Assembly (NCBI GenBank): GCA_965552055.1
Contig: CBEVQO010000005.1
Coordinates: 13,373 to 77,372, forward strand
Direction of reading: 5' to 3'
Length of the DNA: 64,000 nucleotides
Source: an uncultured bacterium
Lineage (GTDB): Bacteria > Hydrothermota > UBA3073 > NMUJ01 > CBEVQO01
Position 1 is the first letter of the stretch. Each line of letters begins with the position of its first letter. Of this stretch, positions 40,799-51,430 are shown piece by piece. The position numbers were made by a program, and so were the translations under genes. The notes under the pieces were generated by a model that worked only from the letters and a program-made list of their open reading frames with translations, was not told the origin of the DNA and ran no database searches.

Positions 40799-43141
40799 AT
40801 GAAGAAGTGTGTTTTAATACTATGTGTATTTTGGGGTCTATTAATGGCTAATGCCGATGCTGAGAAATGGGTTGTGGATACTTCTGGTGTAGAGGGCGAA
40901 TCTTTACAGGTGGCGATAGATAAAGCATGGAATGACCCTGGAATTGATACTGTAGTGGTTAAAAACGGGAAATATCATCTTGCTATAAATGGCGATACGG
41001 GTTTAATAATGCGAGATTCTGTTGTATTGATAAGCGAAGGTGGTGCGTACAAATGCACACTTACAGCAATAAAAGAAGATTTCAGTGACACTGCATGGCA
41101 TGTGATTTTTTGTGATACAAGTGGCTTCAAAGATACTGCATCTCATGCAGCACTGATAAAAGGTTTTACAATAAAAGATGGCAAGACAGAGTTCGGTTCT
41201 CCACCGCACAACCAAGGTGGAGGCATTTTCTTATACAGGGCTTCTCCTGTTATTGAATCATGCAATATTGTTTACAATACCGCCTACAATGGAGCAGGCA
41301 TTTACATTGAATATGCTTCACCTATATTGAGGGATAACATAATAGCGCATAATTATGCTTACTATTTTTGCGGAGGCGTTCATATTGCTGACCATTCCTC
41401 ACCTTATTTAAGCGGTAACATTATAAAAGATAACTCGGGATATTATGCAGGTGGTATTTGCATTATAGGTTATTCAAGACCTGAATTGTGCAATAATATT
41501 ATAGAAAAGAATTGGGCGGGTGCTCTTGGTGCGGGCATTTATATCCTTGCTTCTTCTTCAGCAACTCTAAATAATAACATTATTAAAAACAATCATGCCG
41601 ATTATAAAGGAGGCGGTATTTGCATTTTGCAAAATTCTTCCGCGATATTAAGGGCTAGCATTATAAAGGGCAATAGTGTTTATCACCATGGTGGTGCTTT
41701 ATGCATAGGTAAAAATTCTTGGTGTGTGCTTTCGAATAATGTTATTATCGATAATAAAGCTCGTGATTATGGTGGATGTGTTTTTATTTGTGATAATGCT
41801 TCTCTTTTGATGAAAAATTGTGTTATTGCGATGAACAAAGCACTGGAAGGCGGGGTAATATTTGAAAGTTGTTCAAGCAAAACTGTAATTGATTCGTGTT
41901 TTATAATTGATAATGGCAGTCATTCTTCGCGCACGGGTCTTGCATTCATTGATAGCACTGCGGATTCAGGTGTGACATTTAAAATTTCAAATTCAAATGT
42001 TTATTATAATACCTATCAGCCCGATACCGAGATTTATAACTTATCGAGTGTTATGATAGATTTAAAGAACAATTTCTGGTGGGATACAACCGATAGTGAA
42101 ATATCATCATTGATTTACGGCTTAAATGACCATTCTAACTGGCGAAAAGATTTTGTGTCTGGTGTGCCAGGTGAGCCTCTTCAAGTTGATTCTGTAAAAG
42201 TGTATATTGATTCGATGTATTCTGAATTAGCCGATAACATATGGGAACCATGCACCCTTTATTTGAGATTATTCGGCAGAGATAGATTAAGGAATGTGAA
42301 AGAAATAGCCATTGCCATCGTTAAGACATCCATTTACCAGGTAGGGATTGCTGTTAGTTTGTTAGAAACGGATACTTCATCTGGAATATACGAGGGTGAA
42401 ATTTATGTGAAGGAAGTTACAGGAAAGGATACCATTCAAACTGATGATATTTATCAAAGAATAAAGGTTGATTCAATATGGGATACGATAATTGTTTTTC
42501 CTAACATTGATGTTACAAAGAGATACCGTGTAATTTACAAAGGTCCTGATATTGATGTATCTTATAAGAATTATGATTTTGGAAGTATAAATGTTGGAGA
42601 TAGTGCTGATTTTGAATTTTACTGCATGAATAAAGGTATTGCGAATCTTATAATTGATAGTGCAAAAGTAGATTCACCTTTCTTTGTAGTTTCTCCTGTA
42701 TTACCTTGCAGTATCGGGAGTGGTGATAGTGTAAAAATGGTTGTAAGATTTATCCCGCGTGATACGGGCAACTATACGGATACACTTAAAATTTATTCCA
42801 ATGACCCGAATGAACAGGTGATTTATATTTTGCTATCAGGTAGCGCTGTTTCGCCTTTTGTAAAAGAAATAAAACCTGTTAGATTCGAATTTAAAGGCGT
42901 GACCCCCAATCCTTTATGCAATCACGGTAAAATTCATTATGCTGTTCCTGAGAAATCGCACATTAATATAAGAATATATGATGTCACCGGTAGATTCATC
43001 AAAGAAATTATCAATGAAGAAAGTTCACCTGGCTTTTATGATGTTGAATTCAAAATTAATTTACCGGAAGGCGTTTACTTCATCGTAATGGAAGCTGACA
43101 AATTCAAATCGATTCGCAAATTTCTGGTAATAAAATGGTGA
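40799..43141 (+). CDS. Secreted right-handed parallel beta-helix repeat protein with T9SS C-terminal sorting domain
   Basis: Signal peptide; more than 8 repeats of ~23 aa of the form NNII.(D/N)N...GGGI.I.; Ig-like module (YDFGSINVGDSADFEF); tail RIYDVTGRFIKEI...GVYFIVMEADKFKSIRKFLVIKW. Confidence 0.6.
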   Translation: MKKCVLILCVFWGLLMANADAEKWVVDTSGVEGESLQVAIDKAWNDPGIDTVVVKNGKYHLAINGDTGLIMRDSVVLISEGGAYKCTLTAIKEDFSDTAWHVIFCDTSGFKDTASHAALIKGFTIKDGKTEFGSPPHNQGGGIFLYRASPVIESCNIVYNTAYNGAGIYIEYASPILRDNIIAHNYAYYFCGGVHIADHSSPYLSGNIIKDNSGYYAGGICIIGYSRPELCNNIIEKNWAGALGAGIYILASSSATLNNNIIKNNHADYKGGGICILQNSSAILRASIIKGNSVYHHGGALCIGKNSWCVLSNNVIIDNKARDYGGCVFICDNASLLMKNCVIAMNKALEGGVIFESCSSKTVIDSCFIIDNGSHSSRTGLAFIDSTADSGVTFKISNSNVYYNTYQPDTEIYNLSSVMIDLKNNFWWDTTDSEISSLIYGLNDHSNWRKDFVSGVPGEPLQVDSVKVYIDSMYSELADNIWEPCTLYLRLFGRDRLRNVKEIAIAIVKTSIYQVGIAVSLLETDTSSGIYEGEIYVKEVTGKDTIQTDDIYQRIKVDSIWDTIIVFPNIDVTKRYRVIYKGPDIDVSYKNYDFGSINVGDSADFEFYCMNKGIANLIIDSAKVDSPFFVVSPVLPCSIGSGDSVKMVVRFIPRDTGNYTDTLKIYSNDPNEQVIYILLSGSAVSPFVKEIKPVRFEFKGVTPNPLCNHGKIHYAVPEKSHINIRIYDVTGRFIKEIINEESSPGFYDVEFKINLPEGVYFIVMEADKFKSIRKFLVIKW

Positions 43142-43172
43142 TAAAAATTGATAAAAATTTTTAATTTTTAGC

Positions 43173-43199
43173 TTGACAAAGTCAAAATTTGATTAAAAT
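43173..43199 (+). promoter_or_regulatory. sigma70-like promoter (TTGACA-N15-TAAAAT) for the giant surface-protein gene
   Basis: agcTTGACAaagtcaaaatttgatTAAAAT, then SD AGGAGG at 43206-43211 and ATG at 43217. Confidence 0.5.
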
Positions 43200-43216
43200 A
43201 GATAAAGGAGGTTGTT

Positions 43217-46200
43217 ATGAGGTGGTTAATTTTTATGTTTTTAACTGCAAATCTGTGGGGGGCTGAATACTGGTGGAGGATTGAGGTCGTTGATTCTGGG
43301 GTTCAGCGTGGTCAATATACAAGTGTTGTTCTTGATGATAGTGGTAGACCCTGGATTTCTTATTATGATGCCAATAATGGGTGGTTGATGTGTGCGCACT
43401 GGACAGGGACTGCATGGGATATTGATACGGTTGATGATAGTGGCAATGTTGGTATGTATTCGAATATTGCTCTTGATAAAGCAGGTTATCCTCATATCGT
43501 TTACTTTGATGATGGGAATACAAGGTTAAAGCATGCGTGGTGGACTGGTGCTTTTTGGAAAACAGAGACCGTGAATGACCCTAACTCAAATGATTATGGA
43601 TACTGGTGCGATATTGCTATAGATTCTTTAAATCGCATCTGGGTATCGTACTATGATGCTGATAACAAAAGGCTTATGTGTGCACGCAAAGTAGGAGCTG
43701 TGTGGGATACTATTTATATCGTAGTTGAAGCATTTGGACCTCCGGTCGGGGAATACTCATCAATTTGTATTGATACATCTAATAATCCCCATATATCCTA
43801 TTATCATCAGATTAATGGGTTATCTCATGCATGGTGGGATGGTTCAAAATGGCAGGCTCAGCAGGTTGATTTTGCAGGCGGTTATTACACAAGCATAATT
43901 GCAAGCGAATGTGATACACTGCATATATCTTATTACAATCCTTCTTCGCGGGATTTAAAATATGCGAAAGGTTATTATTCTTCGGGTAGCTGGGGATGGA
44001 CGACGCAGGTAGTTGATACACAGGGAGATGTTGGCAAATGGACGAGCATAGCTGTCTGTGGAAATTCACCTCATATATCCTATTATGATGCTACAAATTT
44101 ATGTCTCAAATATGCACATTTTGAGAATGGTAGCTGGGAGATAGAAGTTGTTGATTCGCCGAAAGTCGGTGAATACACATCAATTGCACTTGATACAAAT
44201 GGCTTACCCTGTATATCCTATTATGACGGAGGTAGTGAATGGCTTAAATTTGCAAGATTGCTTATAAGACCAGAGGTTGATTCAACTTCACCTCTTCATA
44301 ATGAAGTTAATGTATCGCGTGCAACTCAGATAAATGTCTGGTTCTCAAAGGATATTGAATCTGCAACAATAAATAGTGCGAGTTTTAAAGTAATTGGTTC
44401 ACAATCGGGTGAAAGGAAGGGCACGATAACTTACGATTCTAATGAACGCAAAGCAACTTTTACATTGAATGCAGGTGAAACTTTCTATACCGGTGAGAAG
44501 GTGACAGTAATTTTAACAGATTCTATTAAGTCAGTGGATGGTGCACCACTTGTGCCTTATGTGTTTGAATTTACGATAAAGGCAGCCGAAGGGATTGCAG
44601 AGTTTAGTAATGAGGTAAGGTATAGTGTATTGGGTACGCCTGTTGATATAGAGGTTTGTGACCTTGACCTTGATGGTGACCCAGACATTGTTACGCTTTC
44701 ACAGGATACGATAATGATATGGCGTAATGATGTTGATAGTCTGGTACCTGTGGATACTATTCCCTCGCCTTCTTCACAGTACTGCATTGCGATATTAGAC
44801 CTTGATTTGGATGGTTTACCTGATATTGTGGTTGATTCAACTCCATCGAGTGCTCCTTATAGTATAAAGTTTTACAAAAATCAAGGTGGATTGAATTTCG
44901 CCTGGGGTTTTCGTTGTCAAACTGCTTATGGTGTAACAGATATGTTTGTGTCTGACTTTGATGGAGATGGCGACTTTGATATTGCTGCACTGGAATTAAC
45001 TCAGGTTGAGATTCTTTTAAATGAAGGATTTTTTAATTTTACATCGAGTGATACGATTGACCTTACATTTTCGCACAATAAATTATATGGTGCTGATTAT
45101 AATAATGATGGGTTGATTGACCTTGCTGTTACTGCCGCAGCGGGCACTCCCGGTTATGATGTTCTTGCAAATGAAGGTGAAGGCAAATTTAAGCACATTG
45201 GAACAATAACTTTAAGTCAGGGTGTTAAGGATATTATTGCATCTGATTTCGACAATGATTACAATGCGGATAATGCTTTGACGGGCGATGATACACTTAT
45301 TATTTCAGAAGGCAATGGTGATTTTAGTTTTGCACCGGAAGATGATTATGTTGCTACTGGTTCAAATTTTCTTACTTCCGGTGATTTTGATGCAGATGGT
45401 GATATAGACCTTGCGGTTAGTGGGAATGTTACAGGTGGTGATACTTTATTTATATTTTTGAATGATAATGCTAGTTTTGATTCTGTTCACAAATTTTCTG
45501 CAACTGCGATAGAAAGAATTGTGAGTGCAGATTTTAACCTTGATAGCACAATTGATATTGCATCTATTCATTCTGGTGGAATATTATCAATATTTTACAA
45601 TACGCCCGATACATTTCCACCTCCGCCTCCTGAAAGTTTAACTGCAAATGGTGGTTCTCCCTCTCCATGGGATTCCAGTGCTCGATTTGTAATTGACTGG
45701 ATAAATCCTAATGACCCATCGGGGATACTTTTTGCCAATTATAAGATAGGTTCGAGACCTGTGAGTGACTGGGATACAACAGGTCATATGTCTGCACCGT
45801 ATACTCATCCCAAAGATACGATTTACTGGAAAGGGGAAGGGATAGATACATTGTGGGTGTGGCTTGTTGATGGTAACCTTAACACCTCGAAAGATTCTGT
45901 TTCATTTGTGCTTTTAAGAAGGGATACAACACCTCCTCCTGAGCCACAAAAGATTTCTCCATCTGATGGAATATGGGTTGATAGTGCAAGGATAAAATTT
46001 ATGTGGCATTCTGTTGTTGATTCTCTATCAGGGACAATGAGTTATGGGATAGTGCTTGAATATGATGATGTAATAGGTCCTCCTTATATTAGAACAGCGG
46101 GCGATTTGAGTGGCACAACTTACTTTTATACATGTCCTGAGACTGCTGTTTACTGGAGAGTATTTGCAAAGGATTCGGCAACAAACAGGAGTCCGCAATC

Positions 46201-49200
46201 ATTCTGGTGTGTAAAAATAGACACAACTCCTCCAAATAAATTTTATGTTATTTCTCCCGATGGTGTATGGTTGAGGAAACCTCCTTATACATTTATCTGG
46301 CATAGTGCAAAAGACCACTGGTCAGGTGTTGAAAGTTATAAATTGAGAGTGTGGAGAGAAGGTTTTGCTGCTAGCAATTGGTCCGGTATAACTGATACCT
46401 CTTACATTGTGTTTGGTTTGCCTGGTTTTGCCGAAACTACATACTGGTGGTGTGTTATAGCGTATGATTCTGCTGGAAATTATGTGTATAGTGATACAGG
46501 GATTTTCTGGACAGATACTACAATTTTGCCGCCTTCTAATCTCACGATAAATGGTAAAAATCCGAACGACTGGACCAATGATAGTGTATTTACATTGAAC
46601 TGGACAAATCCTTCTGATTATTCCGGTATCGTTAGAGCATTATATAAGATTGGCAATAGACCTTCTTCTGATTATGATACAACTGGTTCTCTCACAGGAA
46701 TTCCTCCTGTAAGTATTATCTGGCGGGATGAAGGTGTAGAAACATTATGGCTGTGGCTCGAAGATAAGGCAGGTAATGTTGATTACACAAAAAATGCATT
46801 TGCAATAATAAGAAGGGATATAACTCCGCCTCAATCTTTTACTCAGATTTCACCTGTAAATAATTTCTGGCTAAATACCATTAATCCTCGCCTTATATGG
46901 CACAGCACTATGGATACTTTGTCGGGCTTGGCTTATTATACGATAAATGTTGATACAGTTCAAACATTTTCAACGAAAATAATTTGTGATACTGTTTCGG
47001 ATACCATTTACAATGCAAATCTATTTGAAGACGCGTTTTACTGGTATGTTGAGGCATGGGATTCTGCTGGTAATGTATGTTCTACTTTTGTGTGGAATTT
47101 CAAAATAGATACAACCCATCCTCCCAAACCTGTTTTAATATCTCCTCCTGATGGCTCATGGAACGGCAAATATGCTCATTTTGTATGGCATAAAGTTGAA
47201 GATTACTGGTCTGGTCTAGCTGCTTATCGCTTAAACATTGATACGAATGCTTTGATGCCAAATCCTCTGACATTTTCACTTACAGATACAGAGACAACAA
47301 TTGTGCTTACTCATGAAGGCAAAACTTATTACTGGATGGTGGAAGCTGAAGATTCGGCATTTAATATATCGCAAAGTTTGGTATGGACTTTCAAACTTGA
47401 CACAACAGTTCTTGCACCGATTAATTTAATTGCAAATGATAGTTCTCCGTCACCGTGGCAAAGGAGTTCTATGTTTGTTATTAACTGGCAAAATCCATCT
47501 GATTCCGCTGGAATAAAGTTTGCATTATACAAACTTGGCACAGGACCCAGTAATAACTGGGATACCACAGGTACGATGCATTTACCACCCGATACGATTT
47601 ACTGGCAGGGCGAGGGCAAAGAAACTTTATGGGTATGGCTTTGCGATAGTGCAGGCAATGTTAATTACCATAATCGCTCTTTTGTGTTGTTAAGAAGAGA
47701 TACAACTCCTCCTTTTGCATTTTCAAAAATAAGACCCCAGGATAATGCGTGGATAAGGGTTGTTAAGCCTTCTCTTATCTGGCATAGCACTCAAGATTCT
47801 CTATCGGGTCTGAGGATTTATCGTGTTGCTGTAGATAAAGATATGACTCCTCCTTTTATGATTGATTTTGTTTTGCGAGGTACTCTATATGTTACACCCC
47901 ATTTACCTGAGACGATACTTTACTGGGCAGTCGTAGCAGTTGATTCTGCAGGTAACTTTAAAGAAGCTGATGCGGATACAAAAGTATGGTGGAAGATGAA
48001 AATAGATACAACTCCTCCTGATACAGTCCATCCAGTTTATCCTGTATCTAATCAATGGACGAGAGGTGGATTTATGTGGCGTAGTGCTAAAGATTACTGG
48101 TCAGGGATTAGATTTTATCATTTTGTGATAGATACAGTTTATCCATTCACTCCCAGTCCCATAAAGGATACAGTTTGCAGGGATACCGTGATATTTATCA
48201 AAGGACTTTCTGAGCGGAATTATTACTGGAAAGTTGTAGCATTAGATTCTGCTTTTAATGGAGGTGCTGGTGTTGTTCATCAATGTCGAGTTGATACCAC
48301 GCCACCGGATAGCGTTAAATTAATCTCTCCTGAGAACCTTTCTTACACGAATGATATACATTCTGTATTTACATGGGATACAGGCTATGATGCGCGTTCA
48401 GGTGTTATGGGCTATATTTTCTGGGATTCTTCACTTGCATATGGTGAAAAAATTGATACTCTTATCTTAGGCGTATTTAACACATCTTATAAGCCTTTAA
48501 AAGGTTTAAAGGAGGGCTGGCATTGCTGGGCAGTTGTAGCAATGGATTCAGCCTACAATGTTAGTGATGGTCATTATCCTTATTCTGTGCATTTGTTATG
48601 TGTGGATACTACTCCTCCTGAGTCCGCAATTGCAACTTCGCCTCTTTATGTTGATAGCCTTGTATTTGTTGTGCAATGGAGTAAAGGTAAAGATACTTTA
48701 TCGGGCATCACAGATACTTATAAATTGAGATATTCTACAGATTTAGTTTCATGGTATGATACGGCTGTTACGGGTACCGCATTTATTTTCAAAGGAGAAG
48801 ACCAGACAAAATATTACTTTGAGGTGCTTTCTCGGGATTATGCTGGCAATTTTGAGCGCATCACAGGAGTGCCTGAATGCTCAACCTATGTTGATACTAC
48901 ACCGCCTCAGCAGGTTCAGTTAATCTCACCTGAAGGCTGGATTAAAGAATTATCACCTGTTTTAATATGGCACAAAGCAAATGACTTTACAGGGATAGCA
49001 GAATATTATGTGCAGCTAAGTAAAGATATGGGTTTCGATACCATTATTTTTTCGGATACCGTTGCAGATACATTTGCGGTGGTAGGTTTAAATTTAATGG
49101 AAAATGTTAAGTACTACTGGCGAGTTAGGGCAAAAGACAACGCAGGCAATGTAAACATGTGGTCAGGTTATAATATGTTTAAAGTGGATACATCATCGCC

Positions 49201-51430
49201 GCAAATACCTGAACTTGTAAGTCCTCTAAATGATACTCCAGTAACAACGGTTGATGATACTTTGACACTTATATGGAGGGCATCTTACGATGAGCTTTCT
49301 GGTATTTATGCTTATCAGGTGCAGATAAGCGAAGTTCCTGATTTCTCATCGCTTATACTTGATACTATTTTGTATCATCCTGATACTATATTGAGGTATC
49401 CAAGAGAATTAAATGAAATTAAGCATTATTGGCGAGTATTTGCGATAGATAGTGTCTGGAATGTTAGCGATGGACATAAAGGGACATTTATGGTTGACAA
49501 TACCGCGCCTGTACTTGTTCATAAGTATCCTGACCTGAATGACACGGTTGACCCGCGTATAAAAATAGAAATTGCATTTTCTGAAAAAGTAGACCCCAAA
49601 ACGGTTGATACTCTCTCCTTCTGTTTATATATGGAAGCAGAAAAAGTGAGAGGAAATGTTTATCAACATCCAGCTATAGAGACATTGTTTTACTTTGAGC
49701 CTAAAGAAAATCTTGAACCCAACACCAAATATCTTGTTGTTGTTTCAACAAAAGATAAAAAAGTTAAAGATATTGCAGGTAATAAGATGTCGATGGTGAG
49801 CTGGAGTTTTTACACTGCAGGCAGTGCTGATAATATGCCTCCGGATGTTAAGGAAATAAAAACTTATCCCGAAGTTACTTATGGTGCGCCTTATGTAGTT
49901 ATAAAAGCATTGCTAAAGGATGATATTTCGCGCATTAAATATGCTGAATATTTCGTTGATTCAGTGGGTTCACCTGGTACGGGCGATGCAATGATGCCAC
50001 TCGATGGTGCGTTTGATAGCAAAGAAGAGTGGGTGATAGATACTCTATTCACTAAAGATTATAGTGGCACTTTGAGGATATTTATTCAGGGTAAGGATGA
50101 ATGGGACAACTGGAGTGATGCAGTTAAATCGAAGATAATAGTATGTCCTCCCGATACAATACCTCCGCTTTTTGATATAATGGTTAATGGAAGCCGAGAA
50201 GATACACTTCAGGTGACAGATACTATTGTAGTGAGAACTAAATCTTCGGAAATTATAAATCCCGATTATCCCGTAGTATGCACTTTGAAATACAATTCCA
50301 CAGTTATTGCACAAACTATGAAGAGAGAAGATAGTGTTACCTATACTGTGCAATTTGTAATTACACATCCTCCTTTGACAGAATATGATGTTAAAGTGCT
50401 TGGTTACGATTATGGATGGCATTGGGATACTTTGAAGGATAGCATTGTAAGTATGCCAAATCTCGGTGTCAACGAAAAGCATTTTATACTTTATGACTTT
50501 GAATCACCCAGTATAATCTCATTTACATTAAAACCAGAGACCCTTGAAATAACGGATAAACTAAATGTGGAGATTACAATAAAAGATAATTATGAGCTTA
50601 AAGAAGTTAGATTTTATTTTGACTCCGACACCGTACCTGTGGAAACGATTTCATTGAGTGGCAGGGATACTTCTTTAACAACGAACATACCTGTTAGTGG
50701 TTTGACTCCTGCCTCTTCCCATATATTGCGTGCCCTTGCATCTGATATATGTGATAATATTAGCCCTGAAGTTTCTGCTGGCTTTTATATCAGAGAACTC
50801 GATGTCATACCACCTGTTTTGATGCTTCAGAGACCGGATACATTTTATCTTGGAGATTCCGTTTTAATAGTAGCAATCGCGAGCGAGAAATTGTCAAGAG
50901 ATTCAATTCCGGTTTGTTTGATAAAAGGCTTAAGAGGTAATGATACTTTGATAGATACTTTAAAGATGACTTTTGTGGATGATTCTACCTGTCAGACGAA
51001 ATACAGGGTTCAGGGTTTAAATCTGGGAGTTGCTTACATTGATGTATATGCTTATGATGAAGCAGGCAACCTTGGACTCGTTGAAGATTCGGTTTACATC
51101 AGTAAGAGAGGAAGATTATTTGACCCAAGGAGAGATGTGTTCCCGTTTCCTAATCCTGTTAGAAAATCCAACGAGGTGTATTTCCATATTTATGTGAATC
51201 AAAATGCCTATGTTGATATAAGAATTTATACGATAGAAGGTCGTCTTGTTAAGAGATTAGAAAGAATATTTGTAGAAGGAGGTCGTCCGAAATACAGCTG
51301 GGAGGCAAATGTAATTAAGGTTGACATTTCTAAATTAAAAACAGGATTATATTATGCCAAGATTACGATAAGGAGTCTGGATGGGAAAGAAAAACAGAGT
51401 TGCACCAAGAGATTTGTGGTGATAAAGTAA
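43217..51430 (+). CDS. Giant (2737 aa) modular secreted surface protein: N-terminal propeller-like repeats, FG-GAP/VCBS-like repeats, at least ten Ig/FN3-like modules, T9SS C-terminal sorting domain
   Basis: Signal peptide; about seven ~45-aa repeats (G.YTSIALD..G.PHISYYD....LKYA); DxDxDG repeats (DLDLDGDPDIV, DFDGDGDFDIA, DFDADGDIDLA); ~100-aa modules separated by (K/R)(I/V)DTTPP linkers, each with YW.V.A.D.AGN; tail FPFPNPV...IRIYTIEGRLV...KRFVVIK. Confidence 0.75.
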   Translation: MRWLIFMFLTANLWGAEYWWRIEVVDSGVQRGQYTSVVLDDSGRPWISYYDANNGWLMCAHWTGTAWDIDTVDDSGNVGMYSNIALDKAGYPHIVYFDDGNTRLKHAWWTGAFWKTETVNDPNSNDYGYWCDIAIDSLNRIWVSYYDADNKRLMCARKVGAVWDTIYIVVEAFGPPVGEYSSICIDTSNNPHISYYHQINGLSHAWWDGSKWQAQQVDFAGGYYTSIIASECDTLHISYYNPSSRDLKYAKGYYSSGSWGWTTQVVDTQGDVGKWTSIAVCGNSPHISYYDATNLCLKYAHFENGSWEIEVVDSPKVGEYTSIALDTNGLPCISYYDGGSEWLKFARLLIRPEVDSTSPLHNEVNVSRATQINVWFSKDIESATINSASFKVIGSQSGERKGTITYDSNERKATFTLNAGETFYTGEKVTVILTDSIKSVDGAPLVPYVFEFTIKAAEGIAEFSNEVRYSVLGTPVDIEVCDLDLDGDPDIVTLSQDTIMIWRNDVDSLVPVDTIPSPSSQYCIAILDLDLDGLPDIVVDSTPSSAPYSIKFYKNQGGLNFAWGFRCQTAYGVTDMFVSDFDGDGDFDIAALELTQVEILLNEGFFNFTSSDTIDLTFSHNKLYGADYNNDGLIDLAVTAAAGTPGYDVLANEGEGKFKHIGTITLSQGVKDIIASDFDNDYNADNALTGDDTLIISEGNGDFSFAPEDDYVATGSNFLTSGDFDADGDIDLAVSGNVTGGDTLFIFLNDNASFDSVHKFSATAIERIVSADFNLDSTIDIASIHSGGILSIFYNTPDTFPPPPPESLTANGGSPSPWDSSARFVIDWINPNDPSGILFANYKIGSRPVSDWDTTGHMSAPYTHPKDTIYWKGEGIDTLWVWLVDGNLNTSKDSVSFVLLRRDTTPPPEPQKISPSDGIWVDSARIKFMWHSVVDSLSGTMSYGIVLEYDDVIGPPYIRTAGDLSGTTYFYTCPETAVYWRVFAKDSATNRSPQSFWCVKIDTTPPNKFYVISPDGVWLRKPPYTFIWHSAKDHWSGVESYKLRVWREGFAASNWSGITDTSYIVFGLPGFAETTYWWCVIAYDSAGNYVYSDTGIFWTDTTILPPSNLTINGKNPNDWTNDSVFTLNWTNPSDYSGIVRALYKIGNRPSSDYDTTGSLTGIPPVSIIWRDEGVETLWLWLEDKAGNVDYTKNAFAIIRRDITPPQSFTQISPVNNFWLNTINPRLIWHSTMDTLSGLAYYTINVDTVQTFSTKIICDTVSDTIYNANLFEDAFYWYVEAWDSAGNVCSTFVWNFKIDTTHPPKPVLISPPDGSWNGKYAHFVWHKVEDYWSGLAAYRLNIDTNALMPNPLTFSLTDTETTIVLTHEGKTYYWMVEAEDSAFNISQSLVWTFKLDTTVLAPINLIANDSSPSPWQRSSMFVINWQNPSDSAGIKFALYKLGTGPSNNWDTTGTMHLPPDTIYWQGEGKETLWVWLCDSAGNVNYHNRSFVLLRRDTTPPFAFSKIRPQDNAWIRVVKPSLIWHSTQDSLSGLRIYRVAVDKDMTPPFMIDFVLRGTLYVTPHLPETILYWAVVAVDSAGNFKEADADTKVWWKMKIDTTPPDTVHPVYPVSNQWTRGGFMWRSAKDYWSGIRFYHFVIDTVYPFTPSPIKDTVCRDTVIFIKGLSERNYYWKVVALDSAFNGGAGVVHQCRVDTTPPDSVKLISPENLSYTNDIHSVFTWDTGYDARSGVMGYIFWDSSLAYGEKIDTLILGVFNTSYKPLKGLKEGWHCWAVVAMDSAYNVSDGHYPYSVHLLCVDTTPPESAIATSPLYVDSLVFVVQWSKGKDTLSGITDTYKLRYSTDLVSWYDTAVTGTAFIFKGEDQTKYYFEVLSRDYAGNFERITGVPECSTYVDTTPPQQVQLISPEGWIKELSPVLIWHKANDFTGIAEYYVQLSKDMGFDTIIFSDTVADTFAVVGLNLMENVKYYWRVRAKDNAGNVNMWSGYNMFKVDTSSPQIPELVSPLNDTPVTTVDDTLTLIWRASYDELSGIYAYQVQISEVPDFSSLILDTILYHPDTILRYPRELNEIKHYWRVFAIDSVWNVSDGHKGTFMVDNTAPVLVHKYPDLNDTVDPRIKIEIAFSEKVDPKTVDTLSFCLYMEAEKVRGNVYQHPAIETLFYFEPKENLEPNTKYLVVVSTKDKKVKDIAGNKMSMVSWSFYTAGSADNMPPDVKEIKTYPEVTYGAPYVVIKALLKDDISRIKYAEYFVDSVGSPGTGDAMMPLDGAFDSKEEWVIDTLFTKDYSGTLRIFIQGKDEWDNWSDAVKSKIIVCPPDTIPPLFDIMVNGSREDTLQVTDTIVVRTKSSEIINPDYPVVCTLKYNSTVIAQTMKREDSVTYTVQFVITHPPLTEYDVKVLGYDYGWHWDTLKDSIVSMPNLGVNEKHFILYDFESPSIISFTLKPETLEITDKLNVEITIKDNYELKEVRFYFDSDTVPVETISLSGRDTSLTTNIPVSGLTPASSHILRALASDICDNISPEVSAGFYIRELDVIPPVLMLQRPDTFYLGDSVLIVAIASEKLSRDSIPVCLIKGLRGNDTLIDTLKMTFVDDSTCQTKYRVQGLNLGVAYIDVYAYDEAGNLGLVEDSVYISKRGRLFDPRRDVFPFPNPVRKSNEVYFHIYVNQNAYVDIRIYTIEGRLVKRLERIFVEGGRPKYSWEANVIKVDISKLKTGLYYAKITIRSLDGKEKQSCTKRFVVIK

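Noticed and set aside
43217-51430. Whether the 8.2-kb ORF is an assembly artefact or several fused genes
   Set aside because: The frame is continuous with a single signal peptide at the start and a single sorting domain at the end, and the modules follow a coherent order. Not rejected outright, because repeat-number errors remain possible, but there is no internal evidence of chimerism.
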